From NCBI GenBank assembly GCA_000998135.1, contig LCCV01000002.1:29421-93420 (forward strand): a stretch of 64,000 bases of DNA. The letters run 5' to 3'. Position numbers and translations under genes: made by a program. Each line of letters starts with the position of its first letter. Within the stretch, counting starts at the first letter, position 1. The notes below the pieces were generated by a model that was not told the DNA's origin, did not search any database, and saw nothing but the letters and a program-made list of their open reading frames with translations. Source of the DNA: Parcubacteria group bacterium GW2011_GWA2_42_14. Lineage in GTDB: Bacteria > Patescibacteriota > Minisyncoccia > Sungbacterales > GWA2-42-14. This document shows positions 47,401 through 57,305 of the stretch, piece after piece.

Positions 47401-48078
47401 CGCATCCTGTCCAATGCCCTGACGTTCAACTGTTACGGAGCTGACAGTTACATCACCGTCAGAACCGGCAGTAAACACTACACTGGTAAATGGAACGCGA
47501 GTTACACTCAACGGAACCAAGGCCGCGGCAGGCTGTGCACCTGCTGATACGCTAAGACCTGTTCCTGATGGAACTGTTGGCGTTGTTGGTGTTTCTGTGG
47601 TTGGCGTTGTTGGTGTTTCTGTGGTTGGCGTTGTTGGAGTTGTTGGAGTTGTTGGAGTTACCGGAGCCACTGCCATTGAATTATACTTTGCCTGGGAAAT
47701 TGGACCAAAGTATCCGACGGCCGGAGAAACCCCGTTTGCCGCCTGCCAAGCAGCTACTGCCGCTTGAGTGACAGAACCGAAATATCCGGTGGCACCCCCC
47801 GCATAAGTGAAGTGACCTGTTGAAGTTAAATAATTCTGCAAGCATGTTACAGCATCCCCTCTTGAACCGACTGTAAGAGCGCTAGTGAAACCGCAAGCGG
47901 CTCCGCCGCCACCTCCTCCGCCGGAAAGGGCGACGAGTTGTGCTTGAAGGGCCGTGATTTGAGCTTGCAACTGGGCAATGAGATCTGCCGTTGACTGTTG
48001 CGCCAATGACGCGACAGGGGTCAGAACCAAAGCTCCGGTAAGCCAAACCGCGGCTGAGGTTGAAATAAATTTATTCAT
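44461..48078 (-). CDS. Giant (1205 aa) secreted cell-surface protein with an N-terminal peptidoglycan-binding-like domain, a PTT-repeat linker and long Thr/Gly/Val-rich beta-repeats.
   Basis: Signal peptide MNKFISTSAAVWLTGALVLTPVASLAQ. A Gly run. PG_binding_1-like GSRGDAVTCLQNYLTSTGHF...GYFGSVTQAAVAAWQAANGV. (PTTPTTETPTT)n linker. The remainder is Ig-like beta-rich. Confidence 0.65.
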   Translation of the reverse strand: MNKFISTSAAVWLTGALVLTPVASLAQQSTADLIAQLQAQITALQAQLVALSGGGGGGGAACGFTSALTVGSRGDAVTCLQNYLTSTGHFTYAGGATGYFGSVTQAAVAAWQAANGVSPAVGYFGPISQAKYNSMAVAPVTPTTPTTPTTPTTETPTTPTTETPTTPTVPSGTGLSVSAGAQPAAALVPLSVTRVPFTSVVFTAGSDGDVTVSSVTVERQGIGQDAALSGIVILGEDGLQLGLSKTLNSLHQAVLTEPFTVKAGTSKTMTIAANRGATTGYSGQVIRLTVVAVSAGSATVTGLPVAGTGQTMNETSGLVGGFDLIRGPLDPSTTGITKEVGTTGYVFSSIKGTAGAGEDIWIKSVKFNQSGSAATADLANVKVYVAGTAYDTTVSSDGKYYTSVFGTGVKVLKGNTAEIYVKGDIVSGSARTVDFDIYRHDDLYVVGAQYGYGLLPADTGTAGFDSASPAYNANAINIGAGSIVVSKSTAVASQNVAVTLADQPLGGFDVEVKGEAVTIPETSFRFTLSDSDGGAEIDVDDIDNIVLVGPSGAVVAGPVDGQAGNTVNSLVAHGYVTFTDSITFPIGKGLYTLKGKLAATSGFENNDTIIASTTPGTDWRNGTGAVTGTAVTPTPAGQVTGNTMTVKSAVVTVTLSSDPPAQNVVMGIQGFTFAKPVFDATASGEDIRFTTLSFTFADDTGADTTDLTGCQVWDGATALNTGTNVVDIATEGAKTFTLDSHLIIPKGTTKTLAIKCNIPANLTASNQAEWQIAASTLSATGVTSGQAATVTHLASTDDQNEMTLVAGGSLSVSLSASSPTYAIVAGNTTDVPLALLNLHATNEAITLQKLALKLSSTTNNAPADIVKYTLWDGSTKVGEGLFTGTDYSTSTLTADFVIPKDGDKTLTVKGDLSAIGTSQVGTEGALVVVDFDGGSRGTEGVGQSSGSTIQTKTADTAAVSSTASNGVRMFKSYPTFAKVSLSTNKLAAGTVSLLRFKVTADSHGDIGLAKFTFVMSTTSATVQNLRVYGYSDILFSIAAYANSGLLNNTAIPVQNKKEWFSAGTEDNVLYGGGNQFSVYFDPVTQSGSVLGVPTDVIQVPAGATRYFDVVATVSSVSTNSSVSTQLEGDGAYPGLIPGTPSATNPIMGQASTTPSTAGIADQTHNDLIWSPNATTTAALSSKDWTNGFGVVGLPATNMAAEVVSY

Positions 48079-48079
48079 A

Positions 48080-49453
48080 ATTTTTTATCTAAGTTAATTA
48101 TAACTTTTCCAAAAATTTTTTCCGTGGTTCGATAAACTCACCACGAGAAGAAAAAGATGGAAAAGAAATTTACAATCACGATTCATAACCTCTTCGACTT
48201 TACCCGATATTCCAAAGGAAAATTTAGGGTAAAAAAGATTTAAATCGTGAATAACAAAATCAAATTAATAATAATCAATGTTTTGGAGTCAAGTCACCCT
48301 CATGCGTCTTGAATCATGAATCTTGAAACTTGAAACATGAATTACGAAACATGAGATGGTCCGCTCCATCTTGTCATATTTAAATATTTTAATATTTAAA
48401 TATTCAAAGCGGGAGGGTCGACCGGACTTTAAAACTCCTAAATCAAAAACAAATTAAGAATTTACTAATTTTTTCTTTTGCATCCGAACCTAAACCAAAA
48501 CCATCATCAAACAGAAAAGTAATTTTTAATTATCAAGGTTCTTGCCGTTCAGAATCATGAAACATGAAACATGAAATTTCAATCGTTTACAACCAAATTT
48601 CGAAATTAAAGCAACCAAGTTATACTATCAATTCCGAAATTTAATTGCAAATTATATTGTGAATAATGGTGGTTCGATAAACTTACCATAAATTCGGTTT
48701 GCTCACCGCAAGTGTTAAATAACTACAAACAAGCCAAAAATTGGCTCATTTAATTTAAAAAAATTAAGTCATAACTATCTTAAATTATTATATATCTCCG
48801 CAAATGGTTCAACTCTGCTTACCACAAGTATATTATAAACCCACTAAAAATCACTTGCAAATAGGCATTGTGGATAAGTGCTACAGCTTCAAAACCAAAA
48901 TATAGTACTTATATTGCTTAATTTTCAAGCATTTTTGCCATTTCGGCAATAACAGCAATTTAACGGCAAAAAACCAACTTATCTGATATCTGATATTATT
49001 ATTATAAATCATATAAAAAAGCAAATAAACTCTGTTGTGGATAAGTTAATTCTATACAAAAATGGCATAAAAAACCCCATTTGCAACTATCCTTTTTACC
49101 TTTCACGGCATTCAAAGCTCATAGGAGCAGATTTCACGCGAATATTAACACTGATTAACGCGGAAATAAATAACCGGGAATGGCCAAAATCTATCTTAAA
49201 GCCTTAAAAAATAGCTTATTTTATTAAAATTAACCTAATTATTCTGATAAATTCACCTAATTCCTAATTACCTAATTCACCTAATAAAATTTCTAATGCA
49301 CTAATACTTAATTCTTAATTTAAAATTTTGGAATTTGGTTATTTTATTAGAAATTAGGTGAATTAGACAATTAGAAATTCTTTAAGCAAACTCAAAAATC
49401 AGCAAAATTTATCCTTCGACAAGCTCAGGCAATAACCATTTTTGATATGGGTT
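48080..49453. other. 1.37-kb gene-free AT-rich region with short tandem repeats, two perfect DnaA-box nonamers and two covarying hairpins.
   Basis: No ORF of 60 aa or more on either strand. tgtggataa occurs at 48869-48877 and 49036-49044. ggttcgataaact loops sit at about 48125-48150 and 48668-48695 with different stems. catgaaa heptad repeats are present. Confidence 0.5.
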
Positions 49454-50323
49454 CTAAACAATGCTCTCCAAATGTTCTCTAAAACCTTTTTTCACTTCCG
49501 GATGACGAAGACCGAAATCCACGACAGCCTTAAGGAGGCCGAGTTTATCTCCGCAATCATATCTGATTCCTTTGAATTCATAACCGTATAAATTTTCACC
49601 TTTGGCAAGCATTCTTTCAAAAGCATCAGTTAAAAATAATTCCTTACCGGGTTCATATTTTACTTTGGCAAGTTCGTCAAATACCGCGGGCGTCAAAATA
49701 TATTTTCCAACGATTGACAGATTAGACGGAGCCTCCTCTATTGTAGGTTTCTCAATTATTTTCTCTACTTCGTATGTCCTTGATGAAATTTTTTTGCCGC
49801 CAATAACACCGTATTTGTAAACCATTTCTTTGGGAACCCGTTCTAAAGCAAATACCGGCTTATTAAATTTTTCAAAAACGACAGCAAGCTGTTTAAGACA
49901 TGGTATCTTTGAATATACGACATCATCTCCATAAAGGACAGCGACAGGTTCATCGCCAATTAAATGACGGGCCTGCAACAAAGCGTCACCAACCCCAAGC
50001 GGTTCTTTCTGACGGACAAAAGCAAAACGAGCAAGTGATGAAATTTTTCTTATTTCTTTAGCCAAACCATGTTTACCTTTCTTTGTCAGAAAAAATTCCA
50101 GCTCTCCGGCATGGTCAAAATGATCCTCAATAGCGCGCTTGCCCCTGCCGGTAACAAATATGATTTCCTTTATTCCGGAATCAACAGCTTCCTCAACCAA
50201 ATACTGAATAACCGGCTTATCCACAATAGGAAGCATTTCTTTTGGCTGGGCTTTGGTGGCAGGAAGAAAGCGGGTGCCGAAACCAGCTACAGGGATGATG
50301 ACTTTTTTGATTTTAGAAACCAT
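49454..50323 (-). CDS. galU: UTP--glucose-1-phosphate uridylyltransferase.
   Basis: KKVIIPVAGFGTRFLPATKAQPKEMLPIVDKPVIQYLVEEA is the canonical GalU N-terminus. Confidence 0.85.
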   Translation of the reverse strand: MVSKIKKVIIPVAGFGTRFLPATKAQPKEMLPIVDKPVIQYLVEEAVDSGIKEIIFVTGRGKRAIEDHFDHAGELEFFLTKKGKHGLAKEIRKISSLARFAFVRQKEPLGVGDALLQARHLIGDEPVAVLYGDDVVYSKIPCLKQLAVVFEKFNKPVFALERVPKEMVYKYGVIGGKKISSRTYEVEKIIEKPTIEEAPSNLSIVGKYILTPAVFDELAKVKYEPGKELFLTDAFERMLAKGENLYGYEFKGIRYDCGDKLGLLKAVVDFGLRHPEVKKGFREHLESIV

Positions 50324-50520
50324 TTAAATCTAATAAATCCAAATCTCAAAATCCCAAATAAATTCAAACTTCAAAATTCAAGTATAAAAACTTAATTCTT
50401 TAACAATTTGGATTTTGGTATTATTTGGGATTTGATGCTTTGGATTTTGAATTTTTAAACCCGGTTTGTCGCTTATAAACGACACCTGAAATGTCGCTTA
50501 TAATAATGTCGTTTATAAAT

Positions 50521-51375
50521 CTATGCCTTAATTTTATATATTGCCCATCTCTTATCACCCCGTCTTTCAATCGTATTATTACCCATAAGAGCGGCCAGGT
50601 CGCGCTGTAAAGTTTTAATGCTGAATTTGTTGGAAAAAATCTGGGACAAATCAACTGATTTTACCGCTTGATTTTGACGTATGTAATCAAGAATAGTTTG
50701 CCGTCTTTCATTAAAACCGTTTGTTTCTTTATTGACAATACTTTTATGGTTATTTTGCTCAATTCCGTTACCATACCCATTGGAAAGACTATTGCCATTA
50801 CCATTACCGTTTCCATTTCCATTTTCCAAAGATACCTTTTGGCTGTTCACTCCGTTAGAAGTCCACTTTGCAAAAGTATGCATACTATTTGAATGCCCTG
50901 TATAATTACCGTTTCCAACAACATGATTATTATTTTTACTTCTAACGGGGTAAATTATGCTTCTTTCCACTTTGGGCTTGCGGATATTTTTGATGGAAGT
51001 GGAAGCGGTCTGGATTTGAGGAATTGACTTATTCTTTTCCTCTTCTTCTGCTATTTTTTCCGTAAAACACGCCAACTCTCTCTCAAAAAAATTAGCAAAA
51101 AATTCATATTCTCTGTCCAAAACTGCCGTATTAACGGCTTTTACCAGATTACTGAAACGCGCGACTCCAAAATAAGTGCGGATTGCCTGAATTTTTGCAA
51201 GCAGAAACCTGGCATTATTTTCCCCTATTTTTCTGTCATATTCGCAAACCGAAGACAATATTTCATTCGCTTTTTCGCGTATTTGGCGTTTAAGCACTTC
51301 ATCCTTAGGGAATATATCTGTAACACGATATACTGCGAGAGTCAATTCAAATATTTTTTTGTTTAATTCTCCCAT
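50521..51375 (-). CDS. Hypothetical regulator: N-terminal four-helix-bundle (Avd/23S-IVS-protein-like) domain, low-complexity NG repeats, and a C-terminal DeoR-type HTH.
   Basis: IFELTLAVYRVTDIFPKDEVLKRQIREKANEIL resembles four-helix-bundle family proteins. (NG)n run. C-terminal VDLSQIFSNKFSIKTLQRDLAALMGNNTIER is HTH-like. Confidence 0.4.
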   Translation of the reverse strand: MGELNKKIFELTLAVYRVTDIFPKDEVLKRQIREKANEILSSVCEYDRKIGENNARFLLAKIQAIRTYFGVARFSNLVKAVNTAVLDREYEFFANFFERELACFTEKIAEEEEKNKSIPQIQTASTSIKNIRKPKVERSIIYPVRSKNNNHVVGNGNYTGHSNSMHTFAKWTSNGVNSQKVSLENGNGNGNGNGNSLSNGYGNGIEQNNHKSIVNKETNGFNERRQTILDYIRQNQAVKSVDLSQIFSNKFSIKTLQRDLAALMGNNTIERRGDKRWAIYKIKA

Positions 51376-51552
51376 TTAAAGGCGACTCCAATATACGAAT
51401 TTCACTCTAATGACTCTAATAAATTCGGGGCATTCGAGTGTTTGATTTGAATCATTCGAGTCGCATTATAACAACCTTATTGAATGTACAAAATCCAACA
51501 ACCGCTTGTCAACAAAAAACTATTAACAGTAGTAAATATCAAAAGCTGACAT

Positions 51553-51578
51553 AAAAAAACGCGCGGTAAACCGCGCGA
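51553..51578 (-). terminator. Rho-independent terminator after the small secreted-protein gene.
   Basis: cgcgcgg-taaa-ccgcgcg stem-loop, followed in the gene sense by ttttttt. Confidence 0.55.
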
Positions 51579-51597
51579 TTATTATTACATTGAAGAT

Positions 51598-51867
51598 TTA
51601 ATTATCGCCCAAAACAACACCAGCTTTACATAATTCATAATCCGAACGGGCGTCTCTGGCTTTTTGGGAAAACCAAAATAAGTTAGGAAAAGTAATTGAG
51701 TATCTCTTTTCAGCTTCATACGCATATAGAGCAGCGTTTTTATAAAATCTTTCATCAAAAATATATTTTTCACAATCCTGCGAGCCAGCATTATTTACGT
51801 TTTCGTGAGCAAAAACTGGCGTAATCAAGAAAAAACCTAAAATCAATACTGCTGAAAAAATCTTCAT
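51598..51867 (-). CDS. Small secreted hypothetical protein (89 aa).
   Basis: Signal peptide MKIFSAVLILGFFLITPVFAHE. Cys-containing mature part. Confidence 0.4.
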   Translation of the reverse strand: MKIFSAVLILGFFLITPVFAHENVNNAGSQDCEKYIFDERFYKNAALYAYEAEKRYSITFPNLFWFSQKARDARSDYELCKAGVVLGDN

Positions 51868-52076
51868 ACTTTCTTATCCTTTTAGGTTTTCAAAAAACCG
51901 TATTTTATCGGTTGCACATCTTAGAATCTATGTCAAGACCTCAAAAACCCCCATCGGTTTACAATGGGAATTTTTTTCTTTCTTTTACTTATTTTTAATT
52001 AAAAGAGATACTTCATGTAGTTTACCTTGAGATTCTTCACAAAGTTAAGAATGACAATCAAAAGGATCAAAATGAC

Positions 52077-54773
52077 TTAAGCCCTAATAGCCTCCCGCCC
52101 CCTTACTCCATTAAAAACTTTGTTTCTGGCCGGAAAGGAAAACACCACCTGCCCCTCTTTAACATCAACCGTTAATTCGTCTCCGGCTTTAATGCGCCCG
52201 GCAATTAATTCTTCCGCTAATTTATTCAGCAAATACGACTGTATGGCCCGTTTTATAGGCCTGGCTCCGTAATGCTCATTATAACCTTTTTCCATTATAT
52301 ATTTTTTGAGAGAATCGCCGAAAACAATGGAAATTTCCTTTTCAGCCATTCTCTGTTTAACTTTTTCCAGCTGCTGTTCCACAATTTTTACAATAACTTT
52401 TTGGGTCAGGCTGTTGAAAATAATCACTTCGTCCAGTCGGTTTAAAAATTCCGGCCGGAAATGACGCTCCAGGGCCTTGCGGATTTTTTCTTTCAAATCC
52501 TCTTCTTTTTTTTCACGAGATTCTTCGGCTTCGCTGGAAAAACCGAGGTCAGCCATCTCCTGCATAAATTCGCTTCCAATATTGGAAGTCATTATTATAA
52601 TGGTATTTTTAAAATTTACTGTCCTGCCTTTGGCATCAGTAAGGCGACCGTTATCAAAAATCTGGAGCATTATATTGAAAATTTCAGGATGAGCTTTTTC
52701 AATCTCGTCAAAAAGAATCACCGAATAAGGACGGTGTTTTATTTTCTCGGTCAATTGCCCTCCTTCTTCATAGCCCACATAGCCGGCAGGAGAGCCGATG
52801 AGTTTGGAAACAGTATGCCGTTCCATATATTCTGACATATCATAACGAACAAGGGCTTTATCGTCATTAAACATAAATTCGGCAAGTGTTTTGGCCAATT
52901 CAGTTTTTCCAACCCCTGTCGGCCCCAAAAACATAAAAGAAGCAATGGGACGATCTTCATCCTGAATGCCGGCGCGGGAACGCCTGACCGCATTGGCAAC
53001 TTTAGAAATCGCTTCATCCTGCCCTATAACGCGACGGGTTAAAACCTCTTCGAGTTTCATCAGTTTTTGCGATTCTGATTCAAGCATTTTGGTTACCGGG
53101 ATATTAGTCCAGCGCGCCACCACCTGGGCAATTTCTTCCTCACCGACTTCCTCCTTAAGCAGTTTTCTTGATGACTGGAGATTTTTTAACCCAGCTTCGG
53201 CTTCGCGCAATTTATTTTCGTTTTGCGGCAAAAGTCCGTATCTTATTTCAGCCACCCTCTCAAAATTTCCTTCCCTTTCAACTTTATCGGCTTCCTGCGC
53301 CAAATCATTCATTTGTTTTTTAAATTCTCCTATCTGATTGATTAAGCCGCGTTCTTCTTTCCACTTAGTGTTCAATTTTTCAAACTTATCTTTAGCTTTA
53401 ACGATTGTTTTTTCAAGAATTTTTAGCCGATTTTTTTGTTTCTTATGCAAAGCCAAATTGCTTTCCGGCTCCTTTTTTAACACCTCTTTCTCAATTTCCA
53501 GCCGAGAAAGTTCTTTCTTTGTCTCATCCACGTCTTTAGGCAAAGAATCCATATCAATTCTCAAAGAAGAAGCGGCCTCGTCAATAAGGTCAATGGCTTT
53601 ATCTGGCAAAAATCTATCGGCTATATAGCGCGAAGAAAGCTGGGCCGCGGCAATCAAAGACGCGTCCGTAATTCTGACGGCGTGGTAAAGTTCGTATTTA
53701 TGTTTCAATCCCCGCAAAATAGCAATAGTTTCCTCAACAGTCGGCTCATCAATATAAACCGGCTGAAAACGCCTAGCCAAAGCCGGGTCCTTTTCTATAT
53801 ATTTATGATATTCTTTCAGGGTTGTGGCCCCGATTGCCCTTAACTCCCCTCTTGCCAAAGCCGGTTTTAACATATTAGAAGCATCAATAGCGCCTTCCGC
53901 GGCCCCGGCTCCTACAATAGTATGAAGTTCATCAATAAAAATCATAAACCTGCCCTTGGCTCTTTCTATTTCACGCAAAATCGCCTTAAGCCGGTCTTCA
54001 AATTCACCTCTATATTTTGTTCCCGCCACAATAGCGCCTATATCAATAGAAATGAGTTCCTTTTCTTTTAATGGTTCAGGTACTTCACCAGAAACAATTC
54101 TTTGGGCAAGACCTTCAGCAATGGCTGTTTTCCCCACACCTGCCTCCCCTATTAAAACAGGATTATTTTTTGTGCGGCGCGATAAAACCTGCATAACCCT
54201 GCGGATTTCGTCATCCCTGCCTATAACCGGGTCAAGTTTTTCCTCGCGAGCCAGTTTAGTTAGATTGCGGGCATATTTTTCCAATACATTATATTTATGT
54301 TCCGGCTCGGGGTCGGTTACTCTTTGCGAACCGCGTAGTCCGGCCAGGGCTTTTAATATATTCTCATGTCCAATATTAATTTCCACCAATACATCTTTGG
54401 CTCTTGAAGGCACTTCGGAAAGCGCTAAAAACAAATGCTCGGTTGAGATAAATTCGTCTTTTAACTGCCCAGCTTCTCTTTGCGCCTGTTCCATAACGCG
54501 CGCCAAATCCTGAGATAAATAAAGGGAAATAACCGGAGAAAGGACGTTTACGCGCGGCAAACCATCCAGTTTTTGAAGCAGTTTATCAACCAAAGAAGAA
54601 ACATTGATTTCAAGCTTTTCCAAAATCGCTTCCACTGTTCCGCCCTCCTGCAAAACCAGGGCGGTAAGCAAATGCAGGGGCTCAATTTGCTGATGAGACC
54701 GCTCAATTGCCAAGTCATGGGCTTTTTTAAGCGCTTCCTGCGCTTTAATTGTGAAGTTGTTGAATGGAGTCAT
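52077..54773 (-). CDS. clpB: ATP-dependent chaperone ClpB.
   Basis: Clp_N repeats, two AAA+ modules ([15 protein letters not shown] and [15 protein letters not shown] Walker A motifs), a long coiled-coil M-domain. Length 898 aa. Confidence 0.9.
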   Translation of the reverse strand: MTPFNNFTIKAQEALKKAHDLAIERSHQQIEPLHLLTALVLQEGGTVEAILEKLEINVSSLVDKLLQKLDGLPRVNVLSPVISLYLSQDLARVMEQAQREAGQLKDEFISTEHLFLALSEVPSRAKDVLVEINIGHENILKALAGLRGSQRVTDPEPEHKYNVLEKYARNLTKLAREEKLDPVIGRDDEIRRVMQVLSRRTKNNPVLIGEAGVGKTAIAEGLAQRIVSGEVPEPLKEKELISIDIGAIVAGTKYRGEFEDRLKAILREIERAKGRFMIFIDELHTIVGAGAAEGAIDASNMLKPALARGELRAIGATTLKEYHKYIEKDPALARRFQPVYIDEPTVEETIAILRGLKHKYELYHAVRITDASLIAAAQLSSRYIADRFLPDKAIDLIDEAASSLRIDMDSLPKDVDETKKELSRLEIEKEVLKKEPESNLALHKKQKNRLKILEKTIVKAKDKFEKLNTKWKEERGLINQIGEFKKQMNDLAQEADKVEREGNFERVAEIRYGLLPQNENKLREAEAGLKNLQSSRKLLKEEVGEEEIAQVVARWTNIPVTKMLESESQKLMKLEEVLTRRVIGQDEAISKVANAVRRSRAGIQDEDRPIASFMFLGPTGVGKTELAKTLAEFMFNDDKALVRYDMSEYMERHTVSKLIGSPAGYVGYEEGGQLTEKIKHRPYSVILFDEIEKAHPEIFNIMLQIFDNGRLTDAKGRTVNFKNTIIIMTSNIGSEFMQEMADLGFSSEAEESREKKEEDLKEKIRKALERHFRPEFLNRLDEVIIFNSLTQKVIVKIVEQQLEKVKQRMAEKEISIVFGDSLKKYIMEKGYNEHYGARPIKRAIQSYLLNKLAEELIAGRIKAGDELTVDVKEGQVVFSFPARNKVFNGVRGREAIRA

Positions 54774-55168
54774 TTTTTAGACGCAGTTTTAAACGCAAAC
54801 TATTACGCAATTTTAAACGCAATTTGCGTATAATTTTGCATTTTACTTAGCGTTTAGTTTTGCTTCTACTTAAAATTATAGCAAAATTTTTGAAAGAAAT
54901 CAAACAAAAGAAAAAGCCGTAGAAATTACGACAGTATCTTCATTTTTAAAATCTTCAAAGGATTATCAAACAGCCAATTTAATTCTTTCCAGCAATGTTA
55001 TTTTATTGTGCCTTGATAGTATGTTCTATCGTCTTTTTTCGCGCGGAACAAACACATAAACAACCGCTAAATTAGTAAATTTTTCATTTTCACGCATTGC
55101 AACTGTGTACAAAAGAACCATTTTACGCTCCTGTGCAATCTGATATACTATAACTATACACTATTTTT

Positions 55169-57181
55169 ATGAAAAAAGCAAATTTAATAGCAATCTTAAT
55201 ACTTTCCTTCCAATTTATTCTAATGCTTGCTTCTTCATGGAACGATTCGGCCATTATGGACGAACTGGCGCATATTCCGGCGGCTTACTCTTATGTTTCC
55301 AAAATGGATTACCGGCTAAATCCAGAACATCCTCCGCTAATAAAAGACCTCTCGGCTCTTCCTCTTCTTTTTTTCAGGCCTAATTTTCCTACAGATGTCA
55401 AATCCTGGACAAGGGATAATAACGGCCAATGGACACAGGGCGCGATTTTTCTTTACGAATCAGGAAACAATCCCGATAAAATTATTTTTTGGTCGCGCCT
55501 GCCGATAATGCTTTTATCTGTATTCATGGGCTGGCTGATTTTTTCATTCATCAAAAAAAGATATAACGATAAAATAGCCCTGATGACCCTTGTTTTGTTC
55601 GCTTTTTCCCCGACTTTTCTCGCGCATTCCCGTTTTGTCACCACCGACTTGGCGGCCGCTTTCGGATTTTTCATAGGCATTATCGGCCTCATAATGTTTC
55701 TTGAAAAACCAACTTTGAAAATGACTATGATTGCGGGAATATTTTTTGGCGTCGCCCAACTTCTTAAATTTTCTTTAATACTGCTTATCCCGATTTTTTT
55801 AATAATTATTTTAATTTGGTTCTTCGTTGAAAAATCATATTATCGCGGAATTATCAAATTTCCTTTTTTTATCATACAAATTCTTGGAAAAACTGTTTTA
55901 ATATTTGCCGTTGGCGGCGTGGTTATTTATGGAGTATACGCAATTCATGTAATAAATTATCCGGCTTCCTCAATTGAACCGGATGGGAGGATTTGGACCA
56001 AAAAAGAATTAACCGAGGTTGTGCGATTACCGGAACCGCAAAGAACAGAAAAAATCGCAACCGTTCCACTTTCCCAAATGCGCGATACCGTTTATATATT
56101 GTCATCTTTTGCCGGAGGACCGGATCCGGAAGAATTTGCCTGCGACCCCAAATCAAACGCCGACCTAAAACGAAGAATAAGGTGCCTTGCGGAATTTACC
56201 ATCTGGGCAACGGATAAACCCCTTTTCCGACCCATGGCCCAATTCCTTCTCGGAATAGAAATGGTAATGCAGCGCTCTTCAGGAGGAAATACCGCATACT
56301 TCTTGGGTAAAGTTTCAGCCGGAGGGTGGAAACACTACTTCCCGGTTCTATATATATTGAAAGAGCCGTTAGCGCTTCATATCTTAACCTTAACCGCCCT
56401 GCTTTTTGCAACTTGGCGGGTTTTCAAAGGAAACAAATCATTACGGACGCTTAAAGAATGGATTCATGAAAACTTTTTTGAATTTGTTTCCTTGTTTTTT
56501 ATCGCGTTTTACTGGCTGTATTCAATTCAAAGCCCTTTGAATATCGGAATAAGGCACGTTCTTCCCACATTTCCCTTTATTTATTTTTTGGTGTCCAAAG
56601 AAATTTTTAGATGGCTCTCACTTCAAAAAAATGCCTCTCCTGAAACATGGTTTGAATGGCTCATTACAATTTATAAAAAATATATTGCCTCAATTCCAAA
56701 ATATATTTTTATTTCAACAATGCTTTTATGGCTGGTTTTTGACACTGTTTTTGCCTTCCCTAATTATCTTTCTTATTTTAATGAATTAGCCGGTTCTTGG
56801 AGTTCCAAAAAGATTACCCTGAACATCAAAACAGCCATTGCCAATGGACACGAAATTGCCGTTGATTCCAATTACGATTGGGGACAAGATTTAAAACGGC
56901 TGGCAAAATACGCCGAAGACCACCGCATAAAAAAAATCGCCTTGGATTATTTTGGCGGAGGTTCTCCACGATATTATTTAGGAGATAAATTTGAACCGTG
57001 GTGGTCTGCCAAAGGGCAATCGCACGGCTATTTCGCGATTTCAGCAACATTTTTACAGGGAGCGCACGGAAAACCAGCCAACGGATTTATCCGCAACCCG
57101 CAAGATTCCTACGAATGGCTAAGGCCCTTCCGGCCGATTGACCGAGCGGGAGAGTCAATATTTATTTATAAATTACCTTAA
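55169..57181 (+). CDS. Polytopic membrane glycosyltransferase, PMT/ArnT-like (GT39/GT83).
   Basis: N-terminal loop with DELAHIPAAYSY (DE motif of GT-C enzymes). More than 10 TM helices and a large C-terminal soluble domain. Confidence 0.65.
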   Translation: MKKANLIAILILSFQFILMLASSWNDSAIMDELAHIPAAYSYVSKMDYRLNPEHPPLIKDLSALPLLFFRPNFPTDVKSWTRDNNGQWTQGAIFLYESGNNPDKIIFWSRLPIMLLSVFMGWLIFSFIKKRYNDKIALMTLVLFAFSPTFLAHSRFVTTDLAAAFGFFIGIIGLIMFLEKPTLKMTMIAGIFFGVAQLLKFSLILLIPIFLIIILIWFFVEKSYYRGIIKFPFFIIQILGKTVLIFAVGGVVIYGVYAIHVINYPASSIEPDGRIWTKKELTEVVRLPEPQRTEKIATVPLSQMRDTVYILSSFAGGPDPEEFACDPKSNADLKRRIRCLAEFTIWATDKPLFRPMAQFLLGIEMVMQRSSGGNTAYFLGKVSAGGWKHYFPVLYILKEPLALHILTLTALLFATWRVFKGNKSLRTLKEWIHENFFEFVSLFFIAFYWLYSIQSPLNIGIRHVLPTFPFIYFLVSKEIFRWLSLQKNASPETWFEWLITIYKKYIASIPKYIFISTMLLWLVFDTVFAFPNYLSYFNELAGSWSSKKITLNIKTAIANGHEIAVDSNYDWGQDLKRLAKYAEDHRIKKIALDYFGGGSPRYYLGDKFEPWWSAKGQSHGYFAISATFLQGAHGKPANGFIRNPQDSYEWLRPFRPIDRAGESIFIYKLP

Positions 57182-57221
57182 TAATTTTTTTACCTGAGTT
57201 AATCCTATATGAATGCAACTG

Positions 57222-57247
57222 TTATGATGTTTTGAAACATCATAACA
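57222..57247. terminator. Perfect 11-bp stem / 4-nt loop hairpin between convergent genes (candidate bidirectional terminator).
   Basis: gttatgatgtt-ttga-aacatcataac. Only weak T-tracts flank it. Confidence 0.35.
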
Positions 57248-57305
57248 ATAATAAATTATTAAATCATAAAAACAAAAACTACCCGGCTATGGGCAGTATA
57301 TTTTT

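Noticed and set aside
48120-48700. tRNA gene suggested by GGTTCGATAAACT (T-loop-like GTTCGA).
   Set aside because: The flanking stems enclose a 13-nt loop, not the 7-nt T-loop. No acceptor, D or anticodon arms can be drawn. It appears twice with the same loop, which fits a protein or RNA motif better than tRNAs.
48080-49453. Calling the non-coding island the chromosomal origin (oriC).
   Set aside because: There is no strand switch of gene orientation across it (genes on both sides are minus), no dnaA or dnaN nearby, and only two perfect DnaA boxes. It is kept as a finding but not annotated as oriC.
50521-51375. Diversity-generating retroelement (Avd-like protein present).
   Set aside because: No reverse transcriptase ORF and no template/variable repeat pair in the window. 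The four-helix-bundle family is much broader than DGRs.
54774-55168. CIRCE (HrcA) heat-shock operator upstream of clpB.
   Set aside because: There is no TTAGCACTC-N9-GAGTGCTAA-like inverted repeat. The tandem TTGCGTTTAA array is reported instead.
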